Part shown: positions 12,918 to 26,088 of the stretch, piece after piece
Layout: each line of letters starts with the position of its first letter
How positions within the stretch are numbered: the stretch's first letter is position 1
From: Eledone cirrhosa
Lineage: Eukaryota
DNA length: 64,000 nucleotides
Assembly: GCA_964016885.1 (NCBI GenBank)
Contig: OZ024750.1
Location: forward strand, 2,852,001 to 2,916,000
Direction of reading: 5' to 3'
Program-made: the position numbers and the translations under genes
The notes under the pieces: model-generated
Told to the model about the DNA's origin: nothing
Seen by the model: the letters and a program-made list of their open reading frames with translations, nothing else
Database searches by the model: none

Positions 12918-13868
12918 TAAGACAGTTTATCCAAGGTTCATCTTTCCATCCATTTTGCATTGTTTAGCCTTACATGCATCACTTTCCATATTATATATAT
13001 ACAGCATAGACCAAGCCAGAATCAGTTCTGTATGAGAAAGACATGGTCACCTGACCTGGCATTGATCACAACAGGACAACTCGTCTAACCCATGCTAGCA
13101 TGGAAAAATGGACGTTAAATGGTGATGATAATAATGATTTCTAATATAGGCACAAGGCCAGTAATTTGGGAGAAGGGGGAAGTCGATCAAATCGACCCAG
13201 TATGTTACTGGTGCTTTATTTTATCGACCCCGTAAGGATGAAAGGCAAAGTTAACCTCGGCGGGATTTAAACTCAGATCATAAAGGGCCGTAACTCTATG
13301 CTGTAAAGCATGGCCTCCGACTCTACCGATACTGCCAACCGACCACCCTCGGTGGTGATAATAATGGATACAGTGCTTCAAGCAAACTACAACATTTTAA
13401 TATATTGTTTTCTTCTGGATGTTTGCCATTACCGACAACTAAATTACAATATATTAGAGATGTTACATGCCAGTTTACACATAAGAATCCAACTGTAGGA
13501 AGCTTAGCTCAAGATAGAAAGTATATTGAATTTTCTAATCCTTTGTAGAAAGGAATTGAATTTATATTTAGTTTGCTGTTTTATCAATAAAGTTATGCTT
13601 CCATATAATTATGATGAAAGAAGATTGTAAGAACATGTTGATAGGTATTCAGATTATAACTTTTTATTTATACATCATCTGATGAGCATCAGTTGATCAA
13701 AATGTTTCCTTTAATATTTTATGTTGAACAAGGGTTGGGCTTAAATTGATTTAGTTCATTTGAAATATGTAAATGGTTTCGATATTCCAAATTGCCACCA
13801 AGCTTAGAAGAATAGGATATTATTGGTATGAACTTATTAAATAACAAATATTTATGTAAAGTGTAATG

Positions 13869-14043
13869 TACAAGAGTCGACTGAAGAGTTCATAGGCTGG
13901 CTATAGAGGAGTGGTGCTAGAACTGTGAAATCTTGCTGCATTGTTTCTTTCCAAGGACTGAAGAGTTCGAAAAAATAAACCTCATTTGGTCATTCCACGA
14001 GAGTATCTTGGTCAGCCTATGAACTCTTCAGCTGACCCTTGTA
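13869..14043. mobile_element. mariner-type MITE; other copies 30517-30727, 15702-15753 (partial), ~50080-50194, ~55879-55975
   Basis: TA-CRAGRG...CTGAARAGT and ...TTCAGCYGACCCTTG-TA inverted ends with TA duplication; shared interior (gagtgrtgctagagctgtgaaatcttgc). Confidence 0.75.
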
Positions 14044-14845
14044 TATTAGAGGATTTAAGAAACATTAAGATATAACAAGAGTTTTTGAATTAGAAGTCTC
14101 ACTGTGATAAGAAGTGTAAACACTAATATTTCCTCAATACACAGATTACAGAGATTATAGCACCTTATACAAGAACAGAATCTACAATCTCTGTTCAAGA
14201 TCATAAAACCTTATTTATCTTAGTTCCAAATCGCAAAACCTTAATACCTTATTAACTAATTGATTTTGTTTAGCAATTCTGATTTGTTTGTGATCTAATA
14301 GGAAACATAATTAGCATATGTAGGTATTTTCTATTAATGTAATCAAAACGTCATTATTGTAAATCATTTGTGATATCCACGAAAATGAATAACTCATTAA
14401 TGACATAACTGAGAGAGTGTTAAAGTCAGCTGATAACTTGTAACTTTTAATGTTTTACAGCTTCCATGAAAATAATACTCTTCAAGAAGTATATACATCA
14501 ATGGCTCTCTCTCTCTCTATATATATATATAAGTTAAAACAAAAAACAAAAACAATAACGAAGAGTGCAGTACAAAGTGTTAGTATTAGGTTCACGCTGG
14601 AGAGTGTGGGGGGGGGGGACGTTTTGGGCATAAGCCCTTCATCACACACACATACATACATGTACACACACATATACATACAAGCACACATACACACATA
14701 TACATAAACACATACATATATACACACACATACATATATACATATACACACACATATACATACAGACACACACATGTACATACAGACACATATATATATA
14801 CATATACACACATATACATACATACACACATATATACATATACAT

Positions 14846-14876
<31 letters not shown>

Positions 14877-14987
14877 CACACACTCACACATATATAGATA
14901 TATACATTTGTGTAAACCCAAGCTAGCGTGGAAGATAGACGTTAACCGATGATGATGGTGATGATGATGATGATAGCGATGTTGATA

Positions 14988-15038
<51 letters not shown>

Positions 15039-15534
15039 ACACACACATACACATACATGTGCGTGTGTGAATTATTTTGTTCCAGTGTTTACCTTGACAA
15101 CTAACCAACCAGCTAAGTTTTCCTTCACACAAAAACAGATGTTATCTATTTTACTGTAAGTCTAGGTTCCAGCATGGCACGAATTATGGACCAAGTTATA
15201 ATTAGAAGGTTTTGTGTATAAATTCTATCAGATTTCTTAGAGTGTTACGAATCCTGAAGCAGGCAGGTAATTTAATACTGCTTCAAAATTCATGCCACTC
15301 TGCTAAACAGTCTTATAAAATATCAATATAAAAAATAAGTTTGGAATGGTTGTTCTATATTTTCTATCTTATATATCATCATCATCATTTTCCGTCCGCT
15401 TTTTCCCTGCTTGCAAGGGTGGGACGGGAACTGATTCTGGCTTGATTTCTACAGCTGGATGCCCTTCCTAACACCAACCTCATTTACAGTGAGTGCTGGG
15501 TACTTTTTTGCCGTGGCACCTCCACTACCACTTT

Positions 15535-15668
15535 GTAGCTGAGTAAACTGGAGCAATGTGAAATAAAGTGTCTTGCTCAAGGAAACAACACATCACCCGC
15601 TCTGATAATTGAACTCACAACCTTTCGATTGCAAGACCAATGCTCTAACCACTAAGCCATGTGCCTCC
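15535..15668 (-). mobile_element. tRNA-derived SINE family 2 (CORE/Meta-like domain); copies 21016-21330(+), 26091-26253(+), ~53490-53728(-)
   Basis: Head TGGCTTAGTGGTTAG...GAGTTCAATT, then GTGTTGTTTCCTTGAGCAAGACACTTTATTTCACATTGCTCCAG. Confidence 0.85.
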
Positions 15669-15699
<31 letters not shown>

Positions 15700-15751
15700 T
15701 ATACGAGGACCGGCTGAAAGGTTCATAGACTAAGATACTCTTATGGAATGA

Positions 15752-15812
<61 letters not shown>

Positions 15813-15824
15813 TATATATGTAAA

Positions 15825-15930
15825 AGGTAAACAGAAATAACAACACAATCGGTACAGTATATGGATGGAAGCGACATATTAGGTTAATGTTTGATATAGC
15901 AGGAAGAGGGTCTTAATGTTTCGGACACAC
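15825..15930 (-). mobile_element. 5'-truncated copy of hammerhead element family C
   Basis: Minus strand TCCGAAACATTAAGACCCTCTTCCTGCTATATCAAACATTAA matches 20313 onward (TCCGAAACGTTAAAACTCTCTTCATGCTATTTCAAGCGTTAA); abuts (TA)n. Confidence 0.65.
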
Positions 15931-18900
15931 ATACTACATCTATATCATGATATCTAATTAGTTGAGATAGAGATTATGATTAACTCTCAACATCCTGTTC
16001 CACATGAAACTCCAACAGTAAGACATTCCTGAAATATACGAAGCATCACTATGACTACATCAAATTCAAAATTAAATTAAAATCTGAAACTAAGATTACA
16101 ACTAATCTTCACAACAATCTGTCCACCAGTAAAAGTACTATAACCGTTTGAAGTAACAAACCTATTTATAAATATTTTCTACTAAACCATCACATAACTA
16201 ATCACAAATAGTGGAAGAATTGGTTGATGCCATTCTATATTATAGAAGAGAATTTATATAACAACACACAAGCCAACTACAATATATAAATAAACAAATC
16301 AAACTAAAGCCAGCAAAAGCAATAAAACAGCAAAATTACCAACAAGGCCCAACCTGACAAGGCAAACACTAACAAGGTTGTTCCAAAGGGAGAGAAAAAA
16401 AGTGATTTAAAAATAGCTGATGGTTAAAATAAATTGTTTTGACCTGGATTTTTTTTTTATATACATGAATTACAGAGAAAAATAGAAGTGGACAATATTT
16501 AGGCAATATGGCTAGAGATGGGATGAAAATAGTTACATACTCATGGAAAAATAATTATCAACTTCCCTACACGTTATACGATCCATTTAGTAAATAGAGG
16601 ACACTAAGTTCTCTCTTGCTAAAAGGTAGATTTTGCTGATTATTTTGTTTTACAAGCTGAAGATTCTTCAACTACCAATAGGCTATCATCATCATCATCA
16701 TCACTCTTTAATGGATATTTTTCATGCTTTATACTTAGAAATAGACAGTGACCACAATCTTTATAGTAGAGAGATGTTAATTTTCAAGGTTAGTTTTCAT
16801 ACAAACCCTTTTTAGACCAGAAAGATGTGTTCAAAATACCCCAAAATCAAAGGGGTCAAGAAATTCCCTATTGTTTGATAGTCTATAATCCCTTTCGATA
16901 CTGACCAACCTAAAATTACCTCTACTTCTATAGAATGAATCCCATTTTAAATGGTTCTGATTTACATAAAGATCTTCCAACATATTTTTGTTACATTAGC
17001 AATACAACCATGTTAAACCAAGTTAATAATTGAAATAATTTTTCATAAATCCTTCCAAATTCTTCAGTAATTAATTCAAATGCAGTGATCTTATTAGAAA
17101 TATGGTAATGAAAGAGTTAATAAAACTGGCTGACTTAAGACAAATATAAAAGAATTCTTCCAAAGCATTTAAACTTCTCTGATATGAACAAATTATTAAG
17201 CTGCTTCCATTTATTTGATTACAATAGAATGGAATAAATGTTTTCAAGATAATATTTGGAACAAATATTAAAATTCATCAAAAACGAGGAGAAAGCAACA
17301 GATTAGTAATTCCATAAATTTGTGTAAATAGAAAAGTTATCATATTTCAGGTTAAAGGAATTCTAAAGAATAAATTGGTAATAAAAAGATTTACCTGCGA
17401 TATATATTGTCTACTTATTACAAATAAACCACTGGAAATTAATCCCCTTACTTGACAAATTTAATCATTCTTCTAATTTGAAAGAGCAGATATTCTAAAT
17501 TTCTAAAAAGATCAAATTGCAAAAGTCAACTAAATAGTGAATTCTATTCAACAACTGAAATATGAGCATTTAATAAGTAATGATATTTTGCCATATTTTG
17601 AACACATCTTTAACCCTTTAGCATTTAAACCAGCCATATCTGTCCAGAATTCTCTCACCTCTTTCTGTTCAAACCGACTGTAACCGGCTACTCATACTGA
17701 TGTGAAAGTATTGTTCTCAAAATAATAATATCAACATTTTGTAGCTTTGATACTATGTGAGATAAGTATGTGAGGTAAAGCCTTTACTGTGAAAATACAA
17801 TAGTATTTATAGAGTAATGTAAATTCTAAAGGGTTAAACTAACAATTGAATTATTTAATACCCAAAGAACAAATGTATAGCTAGTGATTTTACTGGAGAT
17901 ACAAGTTCAAATATGAATCCATTAATCCAAGTTGAAAAAATGCAATAGAGAGACTATTGCTACACAATACCATTTAACGGTCTCTGATTTAAAGGTGAAA
18001 GGTGGGCAGAGGTTTTGTGGATGGAATACCAGCCAAGAAGCTGAGTATGATAGAGGATGAAATGGTTAACCATAAAAGTGGTTAGAAATCACTGAAAGAT
18101 AGATTGTTAGGAGCCATGTCATGTGTATGTGGATTAAATGGTGTATGGGGTTGAACAAGAGGAGCTGCAACTGTTGGGATGTTGAATTCGGAAAAAGGAT
18201 TACTGAAAAGAGAAAGAGGTTTAGAGAATGGTGAAGGGCGGAGGGTATAGAGTAAGTTATTTAAGGTTGTACAGCAGTTAACAAAAGAGATGTGATGTGA
18301 TAGCAGTGAATTGTTTGAAGGATGAAGTGAGACAGAATGTTGAGGATCTAGACGGAATTAAAAGAAAGGTGGAAGGAATATAAGAAGGGACTGTTGAATA
18401 GGATGGCGACATATAATGTAATTCTGTTCTAGTACTGGAAGAAGTTGAAGAAGTGATAAGAGTAATGAAGAGTGGAAAAGTAGGAGGGCCAACATGAAAT
18501 GAGGGAGATATGTTAAAGGCAGTGTGAAGTTGAGATCTAGGTTAATGGTGGAAGAAAACTGTCTTCCAGTGGATTGGCATTCCTTTGTACAAAAGAAAAT
18601 GCCTTTTAATTAATAGATTCTACAATCATCTTCAGATGCTACCTAGTTACATGTTAAGAGGGAAAGAATGAATAGGAAATAGAAAAGTAACGGAATGGAA
18701 ACCTAACAAAAGAGAGGACAAGGAAGAGAAAGATATAGATGTTGGAAGAACGTATATTATGGTCTGAAGTAGAGTCGAGATATTTGTTTTACTTGTTCAA
18801 TTGTCTGGAAAGTCCACAGATAAATGCTGAGTTTTGTAAAAAATGGAGAATTATTTGATTATAAAACTAGTACCAACTCACTATCTGATAAATGTCTTGT

Positions 18901-18977
18901 ATATGTGTATATATATATGTATGTATGTGTGTATATATGTATGTGTGTATATATATATGTATGTGTGTATGTATTTG

Positions 18978-19044
18978 GGAGGGTGGGTGTCTATCGATCT
19001 ATATCTTTCTGTCCATCAATCTATCCTCTATCCCTTTGTCTCTC

Positions 19045-19082
<38 letters not shown>

Positions 19083-19145
19083 GAGAGAGAGAGAGAGAGG
19101 ATAGATTGATGGACAGAAAGATATAGATCGATATACCCCCCTCCC
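18978..19145. repeat. inverted repeat centred on a (TC)n|(GA)n junction
   Basis: ATCGATCTATATCTTTCTGTCCATCAATCTATCCTCT is perfectly mirrored across the centre at about 19082. Confidence 0.9.
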
Positions 19146-19622
19146 TGCCAACACACACAGATATATATATATAGAGAGAGAGAGATAAATATCTAGGTAG
19201 ATATACACTAACATAATTACAGTGTAGTGTCCCTATCTGACTTTCTCAGTCTTTCTCATAACTTTCTTTATAAGAATATTTTGGAGATAACGATTCTGTT
19301 CTGAGTAATCTTTAAAAAAAAAAAGGATTACCAAACTTTATTTATAAAAGACATTTTGTACACAAAACACACAACTTATAGAATAAATATGATTTACAAA
19401 AAAGCTAACTGAATAATATATATATATATAATATATAAGATCAAAAGATGGTTAAAAGAGTTCCATGTATTTTATTATGCACATTTCAAAAACAAATATC
19501 ATCATGCAATAACATTTGTGTTTTCATCAGATAAAATAGGAAGACATGATATGAAGGTTAAAAAACACTTGTGGATAGTGCAGTTTTAAATCAACATATA
19601 TATACACATATATGTATATATT

Positions 19623-19826
19623 AGGAAAAAGTATGACCCCGACGGCAGAGCTCAAGCCGTTTTGACGGCTATTTCTGGACTAAATTTAGTCCAGAAATAG
19701 CCGTCGAAACGGCTTGAGCTCTGCCGTCGGGGTCATACTTTTTCCTATTTCCCACTCTACTACTCTAAGTATTGAGTACTCTGGTGCGTTATGGTCCATC
19801 TGGTTCCTTACCACATTTCCTTTGTT
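19623..19826 (+). mobile_element. fold-back element family B in (TA)n; other copies 46271-46487, 58621-58815, 59557-59665 (deleted), 6129-6186 (fragment)
   Basis: ~120-bp palindrome followed by an ~80-bp unpaired tail (TATTGAGTAC...TATGGTCCATCTGGTTCCTTACCACATTTCC); contains GAAACGGC-loop-GCCGTC. Confidence 0.85.
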
Positions 19827-19829
19827 ATA

Positions 19830-19867
<38 letters not shown>

Positions 19868-20290
19868 GTATATATATGTGTGTATGTGTGTATAAATATA
19901 TATATATATATACACACATATATATATATATACATACACATTGCTGTCTTTCAATATCTCTGGGATATAAAATGTATGCATCCGCCATGTTTAGAAAAAG
20001 ATAATAAATGCAATTTACGAAGTTCAATAAAAAAGATATGCAGACAGATATACCCTATTTAAAAGATATACAAACAGATGTTTATACACTTTATATGTAT
20101 GTGTGTGTGTATGTATATATATGTGTTTATATGTATGTGTGTGTATGTATGTATGTGTGTATATGTATGTGTGTGTGTGTGTATAAAGATGGCGGACAGA
20201 ATACACACATATGTTTTTTTCTCATTCTCTCCCATTCATTCCTTCCTTTCATCACTCTTTATTTTCTATTTATCTTCTATTTCTAACTCT

Positions 20291-20328
20291 GTCTTCTGAT
20301 GAAGGACTAGTATCCGAAACGTTAAAAC
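20291..20328 (+). ncRNA. minimal type I hammerhead ribozyme (family C element, ~20186-20405)
   Basis: gucuu-CUGAUGA-a-GGA cuagua UCC-GAAA-CG-UU-aaaac. Stem III is reduced to the palindrome AACGUU. The sister copy at ~15910 has AAGAC, which restores perfect stem I pairing with GUCUU. Confidence 0.75.
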
Positions 20329-20403
20329 TCTCTTCATGCTATTTCAAGCGTTAAACTCATATATTTCTTCCAAGTACTGTACTGTTATTTTTGTTATTCT
20401 TTT

Positions 20404-20503
<100 letters not shown>

Positions 20504-21481
20504 AGAGAGAGATTTGTTGGTGTATTTCAATAATGTTACTATGATAAAAATGATGATATACATCCACTGGTTTTAGAGAAAGACAATACCATGTTACGAA
20601 GCAGTTCATTGAAAAAGATCTACAGACAGGTGTGTGTGTATGTGTATGTGTGTACAGACAGGTGTGTATGTGTGTGTGTTCATTCTTGTTTTTCTATATC
20701 ACTGGGATGAAAAAGTTTCTAATCGATTGTAATGAAACTGACAAAGATAAAGGAAGCATAACCAGAAGCTTCCGGGCTTCAGACAGAAAGGATTCCTATT
20801 AAATAATATATAGAGATCTGATGATAAATAATGTAGTTTGGAGAGGATCTTCTATGCTTTGATTTAATCACCAAAAGCCATATATGGCTGACATTCACAC
20901 CAGACTTACAAGCTTGTATTAGTATATATTCTATATTTCTTGTCAATCAAGTAGATTTTTGCTTTTTTAAAAAATAAATTATAAACAGCAAAATACATGA
21001 AAATACTCTGAAGATTCATGGCTTTGTGTATTCGGCTGATGATCGCAAGGTCATGAGTTCGATTCCCGGCAGCATGCTGTGTCCTTGAACAAGACACTTT
21101 ATTTCACGTTGTTCCAGTCTACTCAGCTGGCAAAAATAAGTTATATCTGTAATTCAAAAGGACCAGCCTTGTCACATTCTGTGTCACACTGAATCTCCCT
21201 GACAACTACGTTAAAGGTACATGTGTTTGTGGAATACTCAGCCACTTGCTTGTTAATTTCACGAGCAGGCTGTACTGTTAATCATATCAACAGAATACTC
21301 CTTGAAACCGACGGAATGTCACTACAACTACAACATGAGAATTCCAAAGAAAAATATTCCTAGCCAAGATTAATTTGTAAGTCTTGAGAATTGTGTCTCT
21401 ATTTCATATTAAATCATTTTTATGGTTTTATAAAAATTGTAGTTCTTTGGCAATGACATATAATCTTAGCACTTCAATGAC

Positions 21482-21522
<41 letters not shown>

Positions 21523-23119
21523 TTTTATATCTAATAGGAGATAAACTGAATTAGCAGCAGATATTGGAAAAATTTTATTATATTATTTCATTGCAAGCTA
21601 TCATTTAAATTATGTCATTAAAATACAAACTTTGATTTGTCTTATGGGATTCAGAGTTGAATTTCTCTAAAAGTCATTAAATGTTTGCCACATAGACAAC
21701 TAATAACCACCTATTTCTAAACATTGAAGTTACTATGGCAATAGTTGGTGACAAAATGTATGGAGTAGAAACAGCATTTCAATATATTTAACCAATATAT
21801 TTAACAATTTCTTTTTCTCCAGTACTCATTAAAACTATCATTTTAAAGATCTGCCCTTCCTTGGAAACTCAGTTTAATTAGCACTACAGACAACATGGTA
21901 TTGATTTTATTTATGAAGTTTAGACTTTGCAGTAAAACTTCACAAACAAATGTTACTGTCTTAAAGAAATTAAATAGAGTGCTTTGTTGTCACAAATGTC
22001 AAAGTTTTGTGTGTTTTGTGCTTCATATAAAATGAAAGGAAATAAATGGTATGCCAAATCATAGAGTAAACTATTGGTATAGTTTGTAGGTCATAATGGT
22101 ACAAGCTGATATAAAACAATTGATATAAATGATTGTAATACACCATTCTGAAGGCTGTTATACCAATGTGACATGAATTGGAAAGGAATTGCAAGGTTTA
22201 CTAAATCCACATAAAATGACAGGAAAAGAGGTTTTTTTATATATAGAAAACATCAGTTTTATGCTGTCATGAGTTGCACACTTTACTTGGCAGACATGTT
22301 GTGTGTGTGACTAAACAGCATGTTTTGCCAGAACCACTGTAATATGGGAGGAAGAGCGATCCATTATGACACCATCACAATTGAAGTTGATTTTTGGGTC
22401 GTATGAATTCTTTCCATTGTGTGGTTGTATTGGATCTATTTCAAAAGGATTTAGTCTGCCTAGAAAGATTGCCTTTGTCATATATTGGGTCTATTTCAGA
22501 GAAGTTACTCTCCTAAAAAGACTTTGTTGTATAAGCAGCTACATATTTCTTTTAACCAGAATAAGAAGCAAGGAATTAAAAGTATAGTAGATAAAATAGG
22601 TGAGAATAAGAAGAGGGGATAGGAGAGGGACAAAGTGAGAGAGATGTGCATAATACAATAAAGAAAGAATATGAAGGTAAGAGTTAGGCTAGAGATGAGG
22701 AAACATAGTAAGCTAGGTAGAGAAGTGAAAATATACATAGAAATAGCTTCAGGTCATAGATATTAAGGCTAGGAGTGTGAGGATTCAGGAATTAGAACTG
22801 GGCATAATGACAAACAATTATCATTAACTTGGAAATATATAGTAAAAGAAAAGTGATCTATCTCTCTTCTAAGACTGTCAGGAAAAGATGAATTACTCCA
22901 CCTCCTAATCAGTTTTGACAAGTGATACAAGAAATGGTAGGTAAAAACAGATGGAAGAGATTGAGTGGGTGGATATAATAAATATGAAGTGCTTGAAAAA
23001 ACAGTTTTCTACAGTAATTATCAGTTTAAGAAGAAATAACAGAAAAACACACCAACTAAAAGGTATGCATACATATGTGTGTGTATAAATGTTAAACGAT
23101 ATATATGTATATGCATATA

Positions 23120-23650
23120 TCATCATCATCATTATCATCGTTTAACGTCCATTTTCCACGCTCCCATGGGTTTGGACGGGAGTTTTCCCACTTGAGGCAA
23201 GAGTGGTTGTCTTGCTCGCATAGGACTGTCTGGCGGGTTTTCTACAGCTGGGTACCCTTCCTAACACCAACCACATTTACAGTGTGGAACTGGGAGGTTT
23301 TTACCGTGTTACCTACACGGCCACATTACAGCGTGGACTATGTGTTTTTTTTTGTCGTGACACCTACACGACCTCATTTGTTTCGGGCTGGATGTTGTGG
23401 TACCGACATAACTTTACATTGAAAGGGGTGGTGTGGATGGGGTGGGGGTAGTGGGATGGGGGTGTATTTTGTTAGAGGTGCCTACTGACTGTAGTAGGTT
23501 TCACTTTGCACTTAGGCAAGGCGGGTCTTCTCTATTACTGTGTAGCGCCAAAGATCTCGGTCCAGTGACATTGTCTTGGAGAGGTGTGTGTGAGGTCGGA
23601 ATTTATCAAGTCGTCCCAGGTTTTTCTGGGTCTGCCTACTCCGTGGCTAC
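23120..23650 (-). mobile_element. RTE-related retroelement 3' tail family ending in (GAT)n; other pieces about 13000-13130, 14918-14970, 15375-15530, 26255-26480, 31600-31748, 45540-45700, 46990-47100, 62740-62780, 63258-63460
   Basis: Recurrent CCCATGCTAGCRTGGAARATGGACGTTAAAYGATGATG terminus and GTTGGTGTTAGGAAGGGCATCCAG; the upstream part translates [13 protein letters not shown] (RTE ORF2 end). Confidence 0.8.
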
Positions 23651-23654
23651 CGTC

Positions 23655-23693
<39 letters not shown>

Positions 23694-23959
23694 GTATATG
23701 CATATATATATAGTTACATACACATATATATACATATTTACATAAATATATATATAGTCACCCCCCCCCCACATATATACATATAGTTACACACACACAT
23801 ACATATAGTTACACACACACACACATACATATAGTTACACACACACACACATACATATAGTTACACACACACACACATACATATAGTTACACACACACAT
23901 ATATACATATAATTACACACACACATATATATATACATATTATATATATATATACATAT

Positions 23960-23991
<32 letters not shown>

Positions 23992-25769
23992 ACACACACA
24001 CATATATATACAAAAGTTATAGCTGTATATAATGTTATCATATACTTTAGCTGCTAGTGGACTTCTTACTACACATATATTATATTATGTTACATATTTA
24101 TATATTATATAATATAGAGGAAGAATCGACCCCAGTACTTTCTCACTTCCATTCTCACCCTCCCCATCCTTCTATGGAACAAATCTGCTGTATTCAGACC
24201 TGGAGAGGAGATGGGCTCTGCCAGGTTTAAAAATATGCCCTAGAAACTCTGTCTGTCAACATGGCGTCCCTACGACTCCTTCAGGAGTTACGGGGGGTAG
24301 GTGGGAAGAGAAGATAGTTGATATCAATGATGTATTTAAAATATCTGCTAGTTATCTAACAATAATACTGATGCCTTGTACTAATTTCTTTTGATAATTT
24401 GGATAAATAGAAATAAAATCAGAATTTCTTGTATCAAATAAGTTTCTAAGCTCAGAGATAATCAGTTAAAACATCACAGAATTATAAATCAATGGGGAGA
24501 AGAAAAAACCTGTTTACTTTAACATTTCATGGAAATTAATTCCACAATTGATTAATTTCAACTGAAGTATCTAAGACTACCATTAATTTAGAATTGTTTA
24601 ACGGTTATCAATATAAAAATAGATAGCTCCATCTCACAACAATTCCACACACCTTCGCTTTCATAAATAATAAGTTTTTTACTGGGATAGAATTGATGGA
24701 TAGATAAATAAATAGATGGATAAAGATGCAAACAAAGACAGAAAGAAAAAAAAAAAACAACAAAAAAGTGTACAAAAAAAATATGATATACCTTAACCCT
24801 TTAAAATTTAAACCAGCCATATCCGGCCAGAATTCTCTCACCTCTTTCTGTTCAAACTGGCTGTAACCGGTTGCTCATACTTATCTTAAGGTACTGTTCT
24901 TAACATATATAATATCAAAATCTCATAGATTCGATATTATGTGGGATAATTATGGGATATAAAGTGTTTACTGTGAAAATACAATAGTAGATATAGAGTA
25001 ATGTAAATGCTAAAGGGTTAATAGTTTAACCTTTTCATAACTGTATTTCAATGAAATACATTGCCTGATGTTCCAAATATTACTCAAATAAAATTATGAT
25101 AGAAGGTTTTAATATAAATATGAATATTTCAATGTGAACAGTTGTGTATCATAAAACCAGACCAATTTCAGGTGAATTGGTATCAAAAGACTTGAATATA
25201 TTTTTAATATAAATATCTCAAGAGGGTTGGGCCATTGACAGTGTAGCTGGGTTGCCTAGGTGAGGGTGTTTGATGTTAAAAACCTTGAACATTCAATGAC
25301 CACAGGTAGCAACATTGATGATGATGATGTGCCCAGGTGCATTACAAGATTATTCTTAAACAAAACAAAAACAAAGAGATAGATAGATAGAGAGAGAGGA
25401 AGAGAGAGAAAGATATTTATTAGTTTTATCAGAATATTAAAAAGAATATCCTTTGACAAGAGATGAAGGAGGCGACCATTTTTCTTGTAATATGTTTTAT
25501 AACTGCCAGAGTAGCCGAAAGATTCTTCTTAGAATAACATAATACATCATCCACTTTGATTAACGTTGACAGATTTCCTCATTGAAACCTGATGAGATTA
25601 ATGGATTTTGTCTCAGTCTTACTAAACCGAGATTTATTTATTTATTTATTACAAATAAATGATTAATAAGGTATCTGCAATGCTACACTGAATTTTAAGG
25701 TTTGGATATAAGTTGGAAGATAAAAACAAACTGGGAAATAATGTTTTGTATTTTTTAGATCCTCTAAGT

Positions 25770-26088
25770 TCCAAAGGAGTCGTAGAGGCGCCATATTGAG
25801 ATACTGTGTTTCTGGGGCATTTTAAGCCTGGAGGAGCCTATCTCTTCTCCAGGCCTGAGTACAGCAGATTTCTTCCAGAGAAAGATATATAGAGAGAGAA
25901 TGGAAGTGAGAAAGAGATATAGAGGAAGAATCAACCCCAGTACTTGACTGGTACTTTTTTTTTATCAACCTCAAAGGATGAAAAGCAAAGTTGATCTTGG
26001 TGAGATTTGAACTTAGAGAGCAGAGAGATGGAACGAGTACCACAAAGCAATCTATCTGACATTCTAACGACTCTGCCAATTTGCCGCC
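25770..26088 (-). mobile_element. SINE family 1 variant with a different, longer 3' tail; relatives 35855-36160(-), 24115-24300(+, tail only)
   Basis: Same head and central domain as 5200-5389, but the tail contains ...GTATTCAGACCYGGAGAGGAGA...AAAATGCCCTAGAAA... Confidence 0.75.

Noticed and set aside
13679-13706. CTGATGA-gcatc...gatc-AAAA hammerhead-like string
   Set aside because: G12 is missing and there is no stem I pairing.
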